This document shows positions 38,089 to 46,510 of a stretch of DNA of 64,000 nucleotides, piece after piece (positions within the stretch are counted from its first letter, which is position 1; each line of letters starts with the position of its first letter). The DNA lies in the NCBI GenBank assembly GCA_965601925.1, contig OZ271854.1:1760001-1824000 (forward strand), given 5' to 3'. This stretch comes from Alkalispirochaeta sp. (GTDB lineage: Bacteria; Spirochaetota; Spirochaetia; DSM-27196; Alkalispirochaetaceae). The position numbers and the translations under genes are program-made. Below the pieces are notes generated by a model that was given only the letters and a program-made list of their open reading frames with translations, did no database searches and had not been told where the DNA came from.

Positions 38089-39312
38089 TTGGAAAAAGAA
38101 TTTGTGATTGTTCTACTTTCGGAAAAGGGCGATCTTCGTGATGTTATCCATGTTGCGTTACGCGGTTCATTTTCCATTCGGCAGGAGCGGGAGCCGAGCC
38201 GGTGTTTGCGGTGGATTCACTCATCGGAGGAGACCGTCGTTGCCATCGTTATCGATTTTCGCAGTCGAGATACCGAAAGTTTCGATCTGGTTGACAACTT
38301 CGGACGGCGAGCTCCCGAAGTACCGGTCTTTGTGGTCCTCAATCGCGATGAGGCCGACCACCTCGTGGACTTGGTTCAACGAGGCGCCGCCGGGTGGCTG
38401 CCCACTCCCTTGAGCAGCATCGACGCTCGACAGCGACTACTCGATGTTCTCGGGAATCGGGAGCGTCTGGTCGAGCCCGCCTATGAGATGACCTCCGCCC
38501 TTGCCACCCTCGTTGGCGAAAGCCCGGAAATGTCTCGAGTCCGGGATATGATCGTACGCGCGGCGGCCACGTCCGAGGCGGTGCTCGTACTCGGCGAAAC
38601 CGGCGTCGGAAAAGAGTTGGTCGCCAACGCCATTCACGACGTATCGCCTCGTCGGAAGGGGCCGTTCGTCTCCTCAAACGTCACGGCGATCGCCTCCGAT
38701 TTGTTTGAATCCGAGTTATTCGGTTCTCGGCGCGGAGCGTACACCGGCGCGACCGACAAGAAGGGCCTCTTTGAACAGAGCGATCAGGGCAGCATTTTCC
38801 TCGATGAGATCGGCGACCTATCCGCCTCGCTGCAGCCGAAGTTGCTCAGAGCGGTCGAGTACGGGCGTATCAGGCCGCTCGGGGCGGAGACCGAGAAGGC
38901 CGTGGACGTACGACTCATTTCAGCGACCAATAGAAATCTGCAAACGATGCTGCGATCCGGTACGTTCCGCCACGATCTGTGGTATCGCGTATCGAGTATC
39001 ATCGTTCGCGTACCGCCCCTGCGCGAGCGGTTGGACGATGTGCCTGCGCTGGCGCGGGCGATTCTTTCGGCAAAGGGTTACGGGGGTGTACGACTTACCT
39101 ACGCGGCGCTCAGACTCCTCAAAGAACATCACTGGCCCGGAAACGTCCGAGAGCTTCGCACCACACTCGTGAGGTCGGTCGTTATGTCGGGACGAATATT
39201 ACTGCGCAGCCGAGATATTCTTCTCGATCAGCAGTACCTCGACTTCGGCTTCGGCGATTCAGCGAATTGGGCGAATATCAAACGCCTGGAGAACGGGAAT
39301 CAGATCTCCTGA
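38089..39312 (+). CDS. Sigma54-dependent activator (receiver-like + AAA+), no C-terminal HTH
   Basis: GETGVGKE, ESELFG..GAYTGA, FLDEIG, FRHDLWYR, WPGNVREL. Confidence 0.88.
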   Translation: MEKEFVIVLLSEKGDLRDVIHVALRGSFSIRQEREPSRCLRWIHSSEETVVAIVIDFRSRDTESFDLVDNFGRRAPEVPVFVVLNRDEADHLVDLVQRGAAGWLPTPLSSIDARQRLLDVLGNRERLVEPAYEMTSALATLVGESPEMSRVRDMIVRAAATSEAVLVLGETGVGKELVANAIHDVSPRRKGPFVSSNVTAIASDLFESELFGSRRGAYTGATDKKGLFEQSDQGSIFLDEIGDLSASLQPKLLRAVEYGRIRPLGAETEKAVDVRLISATNRNLQTMLRSGTFRHDLWYRVSSIIVRVPPLRERLDDVPALARAILSAKGYGGVRLTYAALRLLKEHHWPGNVRELRTTLVRSVVMSGRILLRSRDILLDQQYLDFGFGDSANWANIKRLENGNQIS

Positions 39313-39762
39313 CCCGTCTTCGGCGAGACTGATGAGCCGGCCGGCGACCAGAACGCGATCGTTTCTGACGATCAGACGCGGCGCCGGATCTCGCGGTGCC
39401 CGTTCCGCTACGCGGCCGTCGAAGATCGGGTCGTCGAGAATCACGACGGTACGATGCATTTCGACCGATTCAACACCGCTCCATGTCCCGCCGACGAGCT
39501 CCAGTTCGACATAGAAATCGGTGGGATCCTCCGAGAAGACGGTGATCGACGAGGCGATCCCGTCAATGACCAACACTCGCTGTGCCAGCTCATCGAGCGC
39601 GTCGAGATTCGATACGGCTCCGGCGAGATCGGCCAAAGAGGTACCGAGATCCACCGACCGCCGAAACGCAGCGGAATCGACGGTTGAAATTGCGACGCTT
39701 TGGGCCGCAAGCGAGCCGCTGATGAGAGCACCGAATACACACAACCACGTCACACGTTTCAT
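39259..39762 (-). CDS. Hypothetical exported protein
   Basis: Signal peptide MKRVTWLCVFGALISGSLAAQ; promoter directly upstream. Confidence 0.7.
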   Translation of the reverse strand: MKRVTWLCVFGALISGSLAAQSVAISTVDSAAFRRSVDLGTSLADLAGAVSNLDALDELAQRVLVIDGIASSITVFSEDPTDFYVELELVGGTWSGVESVEMHRTVVILDDPIFDGRVAERAPRDPAPRLIVRNDRVLVAGRLISLAEDGSGDLIPVLQAFDIRPIR

Positions 39763-39768
39763 ATTCGC

Positions 39769-39797
39769 AGTATAGGTTGCTCAGGAGACGAATACAA
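39769..39797 (-). promoter_or_regulatory. Sigma70-type promoter, likely leaderless mRNA
   Basis: TTGTAT-17 bp-TATACT-6 bp-ATG on the minus strand. Confidence 0.55.
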
Positions 39798-39814
39798 CGG
39801 TAATGTAGGGCGGA

Positions 39815-40573
39815 ATGGGCCTTCTGAATCGCCTCGACGTGCAAACTACCAAGTTGCACAACCACCGTGCGTTGATCATCGGCGGCAGCGGCGGCATCGG
39901 CCGCGCCGTGACGTACAGTCTCGCCTCGCAGGGCGCGTCGGTGATTTGCCACGGCGGCAACGACCGCGCGCGTCTCGACCGGATTGTGGAGTACGTTCGG
40001 CAACGGGGCGGAAAGGCGCGCGGGTTGTTCGCTCCCTTGGTCCGTGCCGCCGATATTCTTACGTATCTGGACGACCTCGGCGAGCCCAGCATCTTGGTGG
40101 TCGCTTTGGGTCCCATCGTCTATGCACCGATCGAACACACCAGCGAAGAACAGTGGACTCAAATCGTGGAGCTTAATCTCGTCCTACCGGGCTTGTTACT
40201 CTCGCGATATCTTCCCGCGATGATAAAACGGGGCTGGGGGCGGATCGTCTTGTTCGGCGGACCGTACGCCGACCAGTCTCGCGGCTTCACGAAGATCGCC
40301 GCCTACGGCGCGGCAAAGGCGGGATTGGTTAGCTTGTGTAAATCAGCCGCTCGACAAACGAAGGGTCAGAACGTCTCAGTGAACCTCATCGCTCCCGGGT
40401 TCGTCGATACCGAGTATTTGAGCGCCGAAGAGCGCGAGTACGGCACTCGACGCTCTCCCCGCGGGGCGATGATACCGCCGGAACGTATCGCAAGGGTTGT
40501 GAATCACCTGATTTTGGCCGAAGAACCGGATATGAACGGCGCCATTATCGCAATAGATCAGGGTATGGGATAA
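39815..40573 (+). CDS. SDR family oxidoreductase (FabG-like)
   Basis: GGSGGIG, YGAAK, VNLIAPGFVDT. Confidence 0.88.
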   Translation: MGLLNRLDVQTTKLHNHRALIIGGSGGIGRAVTYSLASQGASVICHGGNDRARLDRIVEYVRQRGGKARGLFAPLVRAADILTYLDDLGEPSILVVALGPIVYAPIEHTSEEQWTQIVELNLVLPGLLLSRYLPAMIKRGWGRIVLFGGPYADQSRGFTKIAAYGAAKAGLVSLCKSAARQTKGQNVSVNLIAPGFVDTEYLSAEEREYGTRRSPRGAMIPPERIARVVNHLILAEEPDMNGAIIAIDQGMG

Positions 40574-40584
40574 TCGTGAGCGGT

Positions 40585-40613
40585 TTGACAATTTTTCGAC
40601 CGGCATCTAATAT
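40585..40613 (+). promoter_or_regulatory. Sigma70 promoter of the STAS gene
   Basis: TTGACA-17 bp-TAATAT. Confidence 0.6.
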
Positions 40614-40641
40614 GATTTCAACCTGAGGAAGAGCGGGCTGT

Positions 40642-41196
40642 ATGAGCAATAACGATATCGTATCGGGCTTTGACGAAGAAAAAGACGAAAGTTTAAAAAT
40701 TAGACTGCAGAAAATTAATAATGTTGAAAATTGTCTCGTTCTGTATCTTACCGGTTACATAGATACGTACAATTCAAACTTTTTTCAAAAACGTGTTAAT
40801 CGCGCGGTCGAGGCCGGGTTTACGCGGCTCATTTTTCATTGCAGCGGATTGAATTACGTTTCCAGTACCGGCATCGGCTCTTTTACCGCATTCCTCAAAG
40901 CCGTTAAGCCGAAGGGCGGTGATCTCGTACTGCTTGAGATTCAACCCAAGGTGTATGAAGTTTTTCAGCTGCTCGGTTTCTCCCAGTTCTTTCACATCAA
41001 GGACTCTCTCGATGACGCCGTCGAGCATTTCAACAAAGGCGGCCAAATGCAGCAGTCCTCCGATGTGTTTCCCAAGATATTCAAGTGCCCGATATGTTCG
41101 ACCAAGCTCAAGGCGTCCAAGCCGGGCCGCTTCCGATGTTCCAACTGTAAAACGATACTCGCGATTGACGCCGGAGGGCAGGTCTTCTTAGGTTGA
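40642..41196 (+). CDS. STAS-domain anti-sigma factor antagonist with a C-terminal zinc ribbon
   Basis: LTGYIDTYNS, LNYVSSTGIG, VFQLLGF; CPIC...CSNC. Confidence 0.88.
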   Translation: MSNNDIVSGFDEEKDESLKIRLQKINNVENCLVLYLTGYIDTYNSNFFQKRVNRAVEAGFTRLIFHCSGLNYVSSTGIGSFTAFLKAVKPKGGDLVLLEIQPKVYEVFQLLGFSQFFHIKDSLDDAVEHFNKGGQMQQSSDVFPKIFKCPICSTKLKASKPGRFRCSNCKTILAIDAGGQVFLG

Positions 41197-41328
41197 TGTC
41201 GGCCGTCGCGAATACGGTCGATATACGGCGTGGTCGCGTGGTGACACGCGGCGAATGCGACGATAGTCTCGGTGATATCGCGCCTCGACACACCCATTTT
41301 TTCGCCAAACACCGGCGCGGAGGTATCC

Positions 41329-42099
41329 ATGGGAATGTTTGAACGTCTCCGACGTCTGATCCGCTCGAACGTTAATGAAATGGTTCGCAAAGCGGAGGAT
41401 CCCGAGAAGATGCTCAACCAATTGATCCTCGACATGAACAAGCAGTTGGTAGAGGCCAAGAAGAACGTTGCTACGGCGATTTCCGAAGAGAAGCGGCTGG
41501 GACGGCAAGTCGACGGGCAACGGGAGAAGGCGCTTGAATGGGAGCGCAAAGCGATGGTCGCCCTCAAAGCCGGCAGAGAGGATCTCGCACGCGAGGCGTT
41601 GCAGAGAAAGAGCCGTGAGGACCAGTACGTTAACCAACTTCAACAGCAGTACGACAAGCAACACGAGGCGGTAGAAAACCTCAAGCATTCATTGCGGGAA
41701 CTACAGGATCGTATCGAAGAGGCGCAGCGGCGTAAGAATTTATTGGTGGCTCGTGCCAAGCGTGCGGAAGCGCAAAAGAAGATTCAGGAGATCATTACCG
41801 GCTTGGGCGATACGTCCGCCTTCGACGCCTTCGACGAGATGGCGCAACGCGTCGAGCAGCTCGAGGTCGAGACCGAGGCGCTGGCGGAAATCGAGTCGAA
41901 CTCCGGCGACGAGAGTCTCGAAGCGCAGATCAGCGCCCTTGAGCAACCGGACGGTGATGTCATGCTCGAGGATCTCAGACGAAAGATCGAGATTGAGGAT
42001 CAACGATCGGCCACCGATCGAGCATCGACGCCCGGCGCAGATCCCGATGTCGATGCATCTCTCGAGGAGTTGAAGAAGAAGCTCAGTTCCGGTCAGTAG
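41329..42099 (+). CDS. pspA: PspA/IM30 family protein
   Basis: MGMFERL..LIRSNVN, AEDPEKML, GREDLAREAL, coiled coil; GGAGG RBS. Confidence 0.92.
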   Translation: MGMFERLRRLIRSNVNEMVRKAEDPEKMLNQLILDMNKQLVEAKKNVATAISEEKRLGRQVDGQREKALEWERKAMVALKAGREDLAREALQRKSREDQYVNQLQQQYDKQHEAVENLKHSLRELQDRIEEAQRRKNLLVARAKRAEAQKKIQEIITGLGDTSAFDAFDEMAQRVEQLEVETEALAEIESNSGDESLEAQISALEQPDGDVMLEDLRRKIEIEDQRSATDRASTPGADPDVDASLEELKKKLSSGQ

Positions 42100-42103
42100 G
42101 GCG

Positions 42104-42730
42104 ATGGCATCGTGCCTGTTCGTCCGGAACGATCATCCGTGTTCCGCGGAGGTAGCCGCGGCTCTCGTCTATCGATCCAACTGGGACACCGTCGATGTCG
42201 GCATTTGGCGACCGGATTTCTCGTCGCGCTCCCCGTACCGCATTGTCGTTGCACCCCTCGCCTCGATCGCTCCCGTACTGCGTGAGGCAAGTGTTCCTTC
42301 GCACGTGCTTCCGTACGGATCGGCCGATCGTATGGAACACGCCTTTTTGCTGGCGGCCAAAGACTATCTGTGCGTTCCCTTCTCTCGCTCCGAAGTGGTC
42401 GCTCGTAGTCGGCGGTTGACGCATGTCGATGAGGCCGGGTTCGGCCATGTGGTCGTGAGAGCCGGTATTACGCTGGTGCTTACCGGCCCGCAACGACTTT
42501 TGTTGGAACTGTTCTGTCGTTTTCCCGGTTATGTCATTGATCGCGGTACCATCGTGGAGCACCTTGGGGTGGGAAATCCCGGTTCCGTAGATTCTCGAGC
42601 TCCCGACATGGCGGTGTCTCGTCTGCGTCGAGCCCTTCGTGATACCGACGTCACCATTGAAACGGTACGACGTCGCGGATACCGTCTCGTCGCGAAGCCG
42701 GAGGAACGGGCCCGCTCCGAACGTGTATAA
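42104..42730 (+). CDS. OmpR-type winged-helix regulator with a degenerate receiver domain
   Basis: AAKDYLCVPFS..EVVAR; SRAPDMAVSRLRRAL...IETVRRRGYRL. Confidence 0.75.
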   Translation: MASCLFVRNDHPCSAEVAAALVYRSNWDTVDVGIWRPDFSSRSPYRIVVAPLASIAPVLREASVPSHVLPYGSADRMEHAFLLAAKDYLCVPFSRSEVVARSRRLTHVDEAGFGHVVVRAGITLVLTGPQRLLLELFCRFPGYVIDRGTIVEHLGVGNPGSVDSRAPDMAVSRLRRALRDTDVTIETVRRRGYRLVAKPEERARSERV

Positions 42731-42965
42731 CATGTGGAAAAGTCATTGATCGGACGCCGCGGGACGTCGATGAAACGCTGGGCGACGTACGGGTAGCTTT
42801 GAGGCGCTTTACGAACTATCGTCGCGTTGTTTCTATTTCTCTTCTCTAAAAAGATTTATGGCCAATCGACTCCTCTTTTGGTCGTGTATTGTGTCAATTT
42901 AGCCCAATGACGTCGCGCACCGGTTACTACGAAGTGTGACGGCTCTGTGGAAAAGCTGTGGAAAA
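42722..42965. promoter_or_regulatory. DnaA-box cluster flanking an AT-rich tract
   Basis: TGTGGAAAA at 42733, 42946 and 42957; CGTGTATAA at 42722; two tandem pairs with 11-bp period. Confidence 0.6.
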
Positions 42966-42996
42966 CCTGGGCTCGGTATGCTACGCTTTGGGTCCG

Positions 42997-43965
42997 GTGA
43001 AGAGAACGCTGCTCGTGCCCGTGTTGCTCATCGTCGCTACCTCTACAGGTGCAGCACTCCTAATCGGAGGAGTGTTCGCCGCCGGTGCGTCGGTCGAGGC
43101 GGTCTATACATCGATCCCCGCCATTCTTACGGCAAGCATTTCCATCGGTTTTCTTTTGGTCACCGTCCGGTCTCTCTTACAGCCGCTGCGACCTGCGTTG
43201 TTCATCGCGATCGGTACGCTCACCGTTTTCACGTTCACGATCGGTGCGTTGGTACTGGAGGATATGTTCTTTCCCGGCGGCGCGGTCGATAGCTCCACTT
43301 CGCGCCCGATTCCCACCGATGTAGTGCTTCACGGAGACGATCTGGCCCTCGTCGTGGGCGGACGGATCGGGCCCGAGCTTCGCGATATCCTCGTGATTCG
43401 GCAGAGCGAGACGCCGCGCATTGTCGAGTTTCCCCGTGCGTTCTGGAACTCGGCCGACGATACGTTGGTCGTGTTGAACCATCCGGACATCGCGACGCGG
43501 AGTGTATCCGGTTTCACCGCGACGACGATCGCACCGGCGCTCGTGCGAACCGCCGAGGATGCCCGCAGAGTCCACGCCGAAATTCGCGCCGCGTGGGACG
43601 GACGGATCGATCGGGCGATAGGCGTCGACGCCTTGTTCGGGTTGAGCCTCGCCGGGCTGGGAAGAGTGTTCCTCTTCTCGTGTGCCGTCGCTATGACATG
43701 GACCGCGGCGCGGCTCAGCCGATGGCCGTTGTTCAACCTTCTGACCGCCGCAGCGTATGTACGGCTCGTGTTCGCCGCCCCGCGGCTGAGTGCGATACCG
43801 ATACTCGCCGCGACGTGGGACAGCGTGGTGGGCGCACCGTTGCATATACTGTTGCCCGATGTGCTCTGGTTGCTCATCGTGCTCGGTTCGACGGTTGTAC
43901 TGGCCATATTGCCGTCTTTCGCTACGTGGCAGCGAGACGTGCACCCCGAGGTCGTAAATCGATGA
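42997..43965 (+). CDS. Hypothetical integral membrane protein
   Basis: Several TM segments around a soluble domain; GTG 42997 chosen because the ORF-track start lies inside a DnaA box. Confidence 0.7.
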   Translation: MKRTLLVPVLLIVATSTGAALLIGGVFAAGASVEAVYTSIPAILTASISIGFLLVTVRSLLQPLRPALFIAIGTLTVFTFTIGALVLEDMFFPGGAVDSSTSRPIPTDVVLHGDDLALVVGGRIGPELRDILVIRQSETPRIVEFPRAFWNSADDTLVVLNHPDIATRSVSGFTATTIAPALVRTAEDARRVHAEIRAAWDGRIDRAIGVDALFGLSLAGLGRVFLFSCAVAMTWTAARLSRWPLFNLLTAAAYVRLVFAAPRLSAIPILAATWDSVVGAPLHILLPDVLWLLIVLGSTVVLAILPSFATWQRDVHPEVVNR

Positions 43966-45707
43966 ACCATCGCGCGCGATTTTTCGTCATTCTTCTCGTC
44001 GGTGCGCTTATTCTCTTGTCGTTTTCCGTTGCGGCGGCATTACGGTCCTTAGGCGCCGTGCTCCCCTTGGAGCCGGTGCGAACGATATTTCTATCGATCG
44101 CGTGGATGCCCACCTTCTTCGACTATCTCATCGTCGTGGTCGTGTCTGCCGCGCTGATTACCTTCTCCCTTGCGCTGAGTTCATATGATCTCGGTGGGTC
44201 CGGCCGTCTCATCGAAGCCGCGCGACCCGTGCTTGTAACGATTATCGTCCTCGGTATAGTCCACGGTTTCTGGATCGCCCTTGCAGGGCCGGCGGTAGAC
44301 CTGAGAATACAGCAGATCGCCTACCGAAGTCGTGTCGCGCGGTTCGCCCTCGATACCGTCGAGCAATCTCAGGCGGTCGGTAACTACGACGAAGCGCTCG
44401 AGCATGCGCTGCTGTATCGTTCCATATTCGGTGATGACTACGATCTCGAGGCGACGATTCGAGTGTTACAGGCCGCCATCGACGAGCGTGCTCGTGAGAT
44501 TCGATTTGCCGCGCGTCCACCCGTACCCGATGATCTTCCGCGGGCGGCGGAACAAGAGGAACTGACGATTGTCGATCTGATAAACAGCGCGCGTATGTTT
44601 CTGGAGCGCGGTAACTACTATAGCGCCCATTACTATGCGACCATAGCCGTACAACAGAGTGGCGATACGCGCGCGGACGCTCGACGAGTGCAATCCGAGG
44701 CGTTGCGAGCGATCGAAGGTGAGTCGTGGCGTATTGAAGAAGAGTCCCAGCGCACGCTCTATCGCGATAAGCTCAACGCATATCAATTGCTCGTACGAGG
44801 TGAACGTGATCCGCGCGCCTTAGTCGATGCGTACTATCTGTTTCAGGAGCTTGCGGCGCGCGCGCCCGACGATCCGGACGTTCGGCGTTACTCCGCGGTC
44901 GCAGAGGAGCGGGTTGCCGCGATTTCGTTCTTTGTCGAGGAGGCTCGAACGTTTCGGGCTCTCCCGGGGCGAAACGAACTCATCTTCTTCAATCGCCGAT
45001 CGGACGAGATGTCGGAACTCATCGTGGTTGATACGATCGTGCAAGCGCCGTCCGGCGACTTCTTTTACGGTATCGAGGTGTTTCGGCGCGAGCTCGACCG
45101 TACGGTCCATTTTCGGATTCCATACGGCAAGCGTATCGGCTCGACCCTCGTCCTACGGGCATTACGCCAGGGTGGGATGCCGAGCGACGGCGCGGCGAAC
45201 ATGGTTCTTCCACACTATCTCAGCGGCGCTCCGGTGGATGACGCATTCGGCGAGGTGATTCCGTTACAGCTCGATGTACCGGAGATTCTGCGCACCTCCG
45301 GTGGACAACGGGCGATGTCGACGTTCTCTTTGGAGGAGTTGATTCGTATTCCCCGCGCCCTCTCCGCTCTGGGCCAGCCGGTACGGTATGCAACGATAGA
45401 GCTGGCGTTGCGCTTCGTGCGCATCATGGGTTTTTTCGTCGTATCGGTGTACGCCGTGGCGTTGGGATGGCGCCATCGCAGTCTGTACATCGGAAGCCCC
45501 CCACTCACGGTGTTTGCACTCCTTCCCATTCTTCCCGTCGCCGTCTGGTGGACGGTCGACGTGACTCGATCCGTGCTGCTTGCCGCGGTCACCACCATCT
45601 CCGCCCACGCCGATCCGTCTACCGTGTTCATCGGTACCGTTTCCGTATTGTCGGCGGCCGTCGTCGGCTCCTTTGTCTCTCTGGCGCGGCAGTCGGTCGC
45701 TCCATGA
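43962..45707 (+). CDS. Hypothetical membrane protein with a large helical (TPR-like) soluble domain
   Basis: TM segments at both ends; GNYDEALEH and GNYYSAHYYA helical repeats; ATGA overlap. Confidence 0.72.
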   Translation: MNHRARFFVILLVGALILLSFSVAAALRSLGAVLPLEPVRTIFLSIAWMPTFFDYLIVVVVSAALITFSLALSSYDLGGSGRLIEAARPVLVTIIVLGIVHGFWIALAGPAVDLRIQQIAYRSRVARFALDTVEQSQAVGNYDEALEHALLYRSIFGDDYDLEATIRVLQAAIDERAREIRFAARPPVPDDLPRAAEQEELTIVDLINSARMFLERGNYYSAHYYATIAVQQSGDTRADARRVQSEALRAIEGESWRIEEESQRTLYRDKLNAYQLLVRGERDPRALVDAYYLFQELAARAPDDPDVRRYSAVAEERVAAISFFVEEARTFRALPGRNELIFFNRRSDEMSELIVVDTIVQAPSGDFFYGIEVFRRELDRTVHFRIPYGKRIGSTLVLRALRQGGMPSDGAANMVLPHYLSGAPVDDAFGEVIPLQLDVPEILRTSGGQRAMSTFSLEELIRIPRALSALGQPVRYATIELALRFVRIMGFFVVSVYAVALGWRHRSLYIGSPPLTVFALLPILPVAVWWTVDVTRSVLLAAVTTISAHADPSTVFIGTVSVLSAAVVGSFVSLARQSVAP

Positions 45708-46510
45708 GGCGCTACACAGGTCGAATCATCGGGACCGCGGTGGGATCTCTCGCCGGACCGGCCGGAGTGCTCTTCGGTCTGCTCGCAGGATGGCTCGTGG
45801 ATCAATTTCGTTCGGTGGTCGCACCCGATCGGGCGCTACGCCGATTCTTGCGTAATCCACGACGTAAGAAGACCGATAGTCGAGCGCGACTATATACGAT
45901 GTGCGCTCTCGCCGCGGTGGTGCTGGCAGACGACGACATATCCGCCGTGTCCGCCCCCCGTACCGATGCGATTGCGCTATTGTCCGCCGGATATGCGACG
46001 CTATCGCGAAACGGGACCGGGCAAGGGGCGTTCGACGGGCGCTTCGCCGCCGCAACGCTCCGACGGTGCGCTTCGATGCGTCGTATCATCGATGTCGATG
46101 CGATCACTACCGTTGTCGGCACAACGCGAGCTCACGATCTACTGGGTATCCTTGCGCGCATCGCCGTGGGCGATCGCGGCGCGATGAGTAGGGCATCCCG
46201 AGAGGCCTTTTTTGCGATTGCGCGCGGTCTCGCCGTGGACGAGCTCACCGCCCGCCGGATTGCCGAACATATCGATCGGCTCGATGAGCGCTCTTGCCGC
46301 ATTCTCGGCGTCGATACGTGCGCAAACGAGGCGGATGTGCGCGGCGCGTTTCGCGCTTTGGTTCGTCAATTGCACCCCGACGGCGCAAGCGCGCTTGAGG
46401 AGGCGCAGCGCAAGAGCCTCGAGGAGGCGCTCGTGCGCGTACGAGACGCCCACGATCTTCTCATTGAGCAGTTGCGACGTCGCGCGCACCCATCTATTCG
46501 GAAAGCGTAA
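45704..46510 (+). CDS. DjlA-like membrane-anchored J-domain co-chaperone
   Basis: GRIIG..VG..AGPAG..FG...G..VD N-terminus; ILGV...VRGAFRALVRQLHPD J domain. Confidence 0.78.
   Translation: MRRYTGRIIGTAVGSLAGPAGVLFGLLAGWLVDQFRSVVAPDRALRRFLRNPRRKKTDSRARLYTMCALAAVVLADDDISAVSAPRTDAIALLSAGYATLSRNGTGQGAFDGRFAAATLRRCASMRRIIDVDAITTVVGTTRAHDLLGILARIAVGDRGAMSRASREAFFAIARGLAVDELTARRIAEHIDRLDERSCRILGVDTCANEADVRGAFRALVRQLHPDGASALEEAQRKSLEEALVRVRDAHDLLIEQLRRRAHPSIRKA

Noticed and set aside
41197..41328. Possible sigma54 promoter upstream of pspA
   Set aside because: No correctly spaced TGGCAC-N5-TTGC (GG-N10-GC) match found by eye
43593..43961. N-terminal extension of the 704-aa ORF (likewise ORF-track starts at 1202, 13086, 17608, 25969, 27770, 36725, 45467)
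   Set aside because: They overlap neighbouring genes; downstream starts with SDs, stop-start overlaps or family-typical N-termini are more plausible
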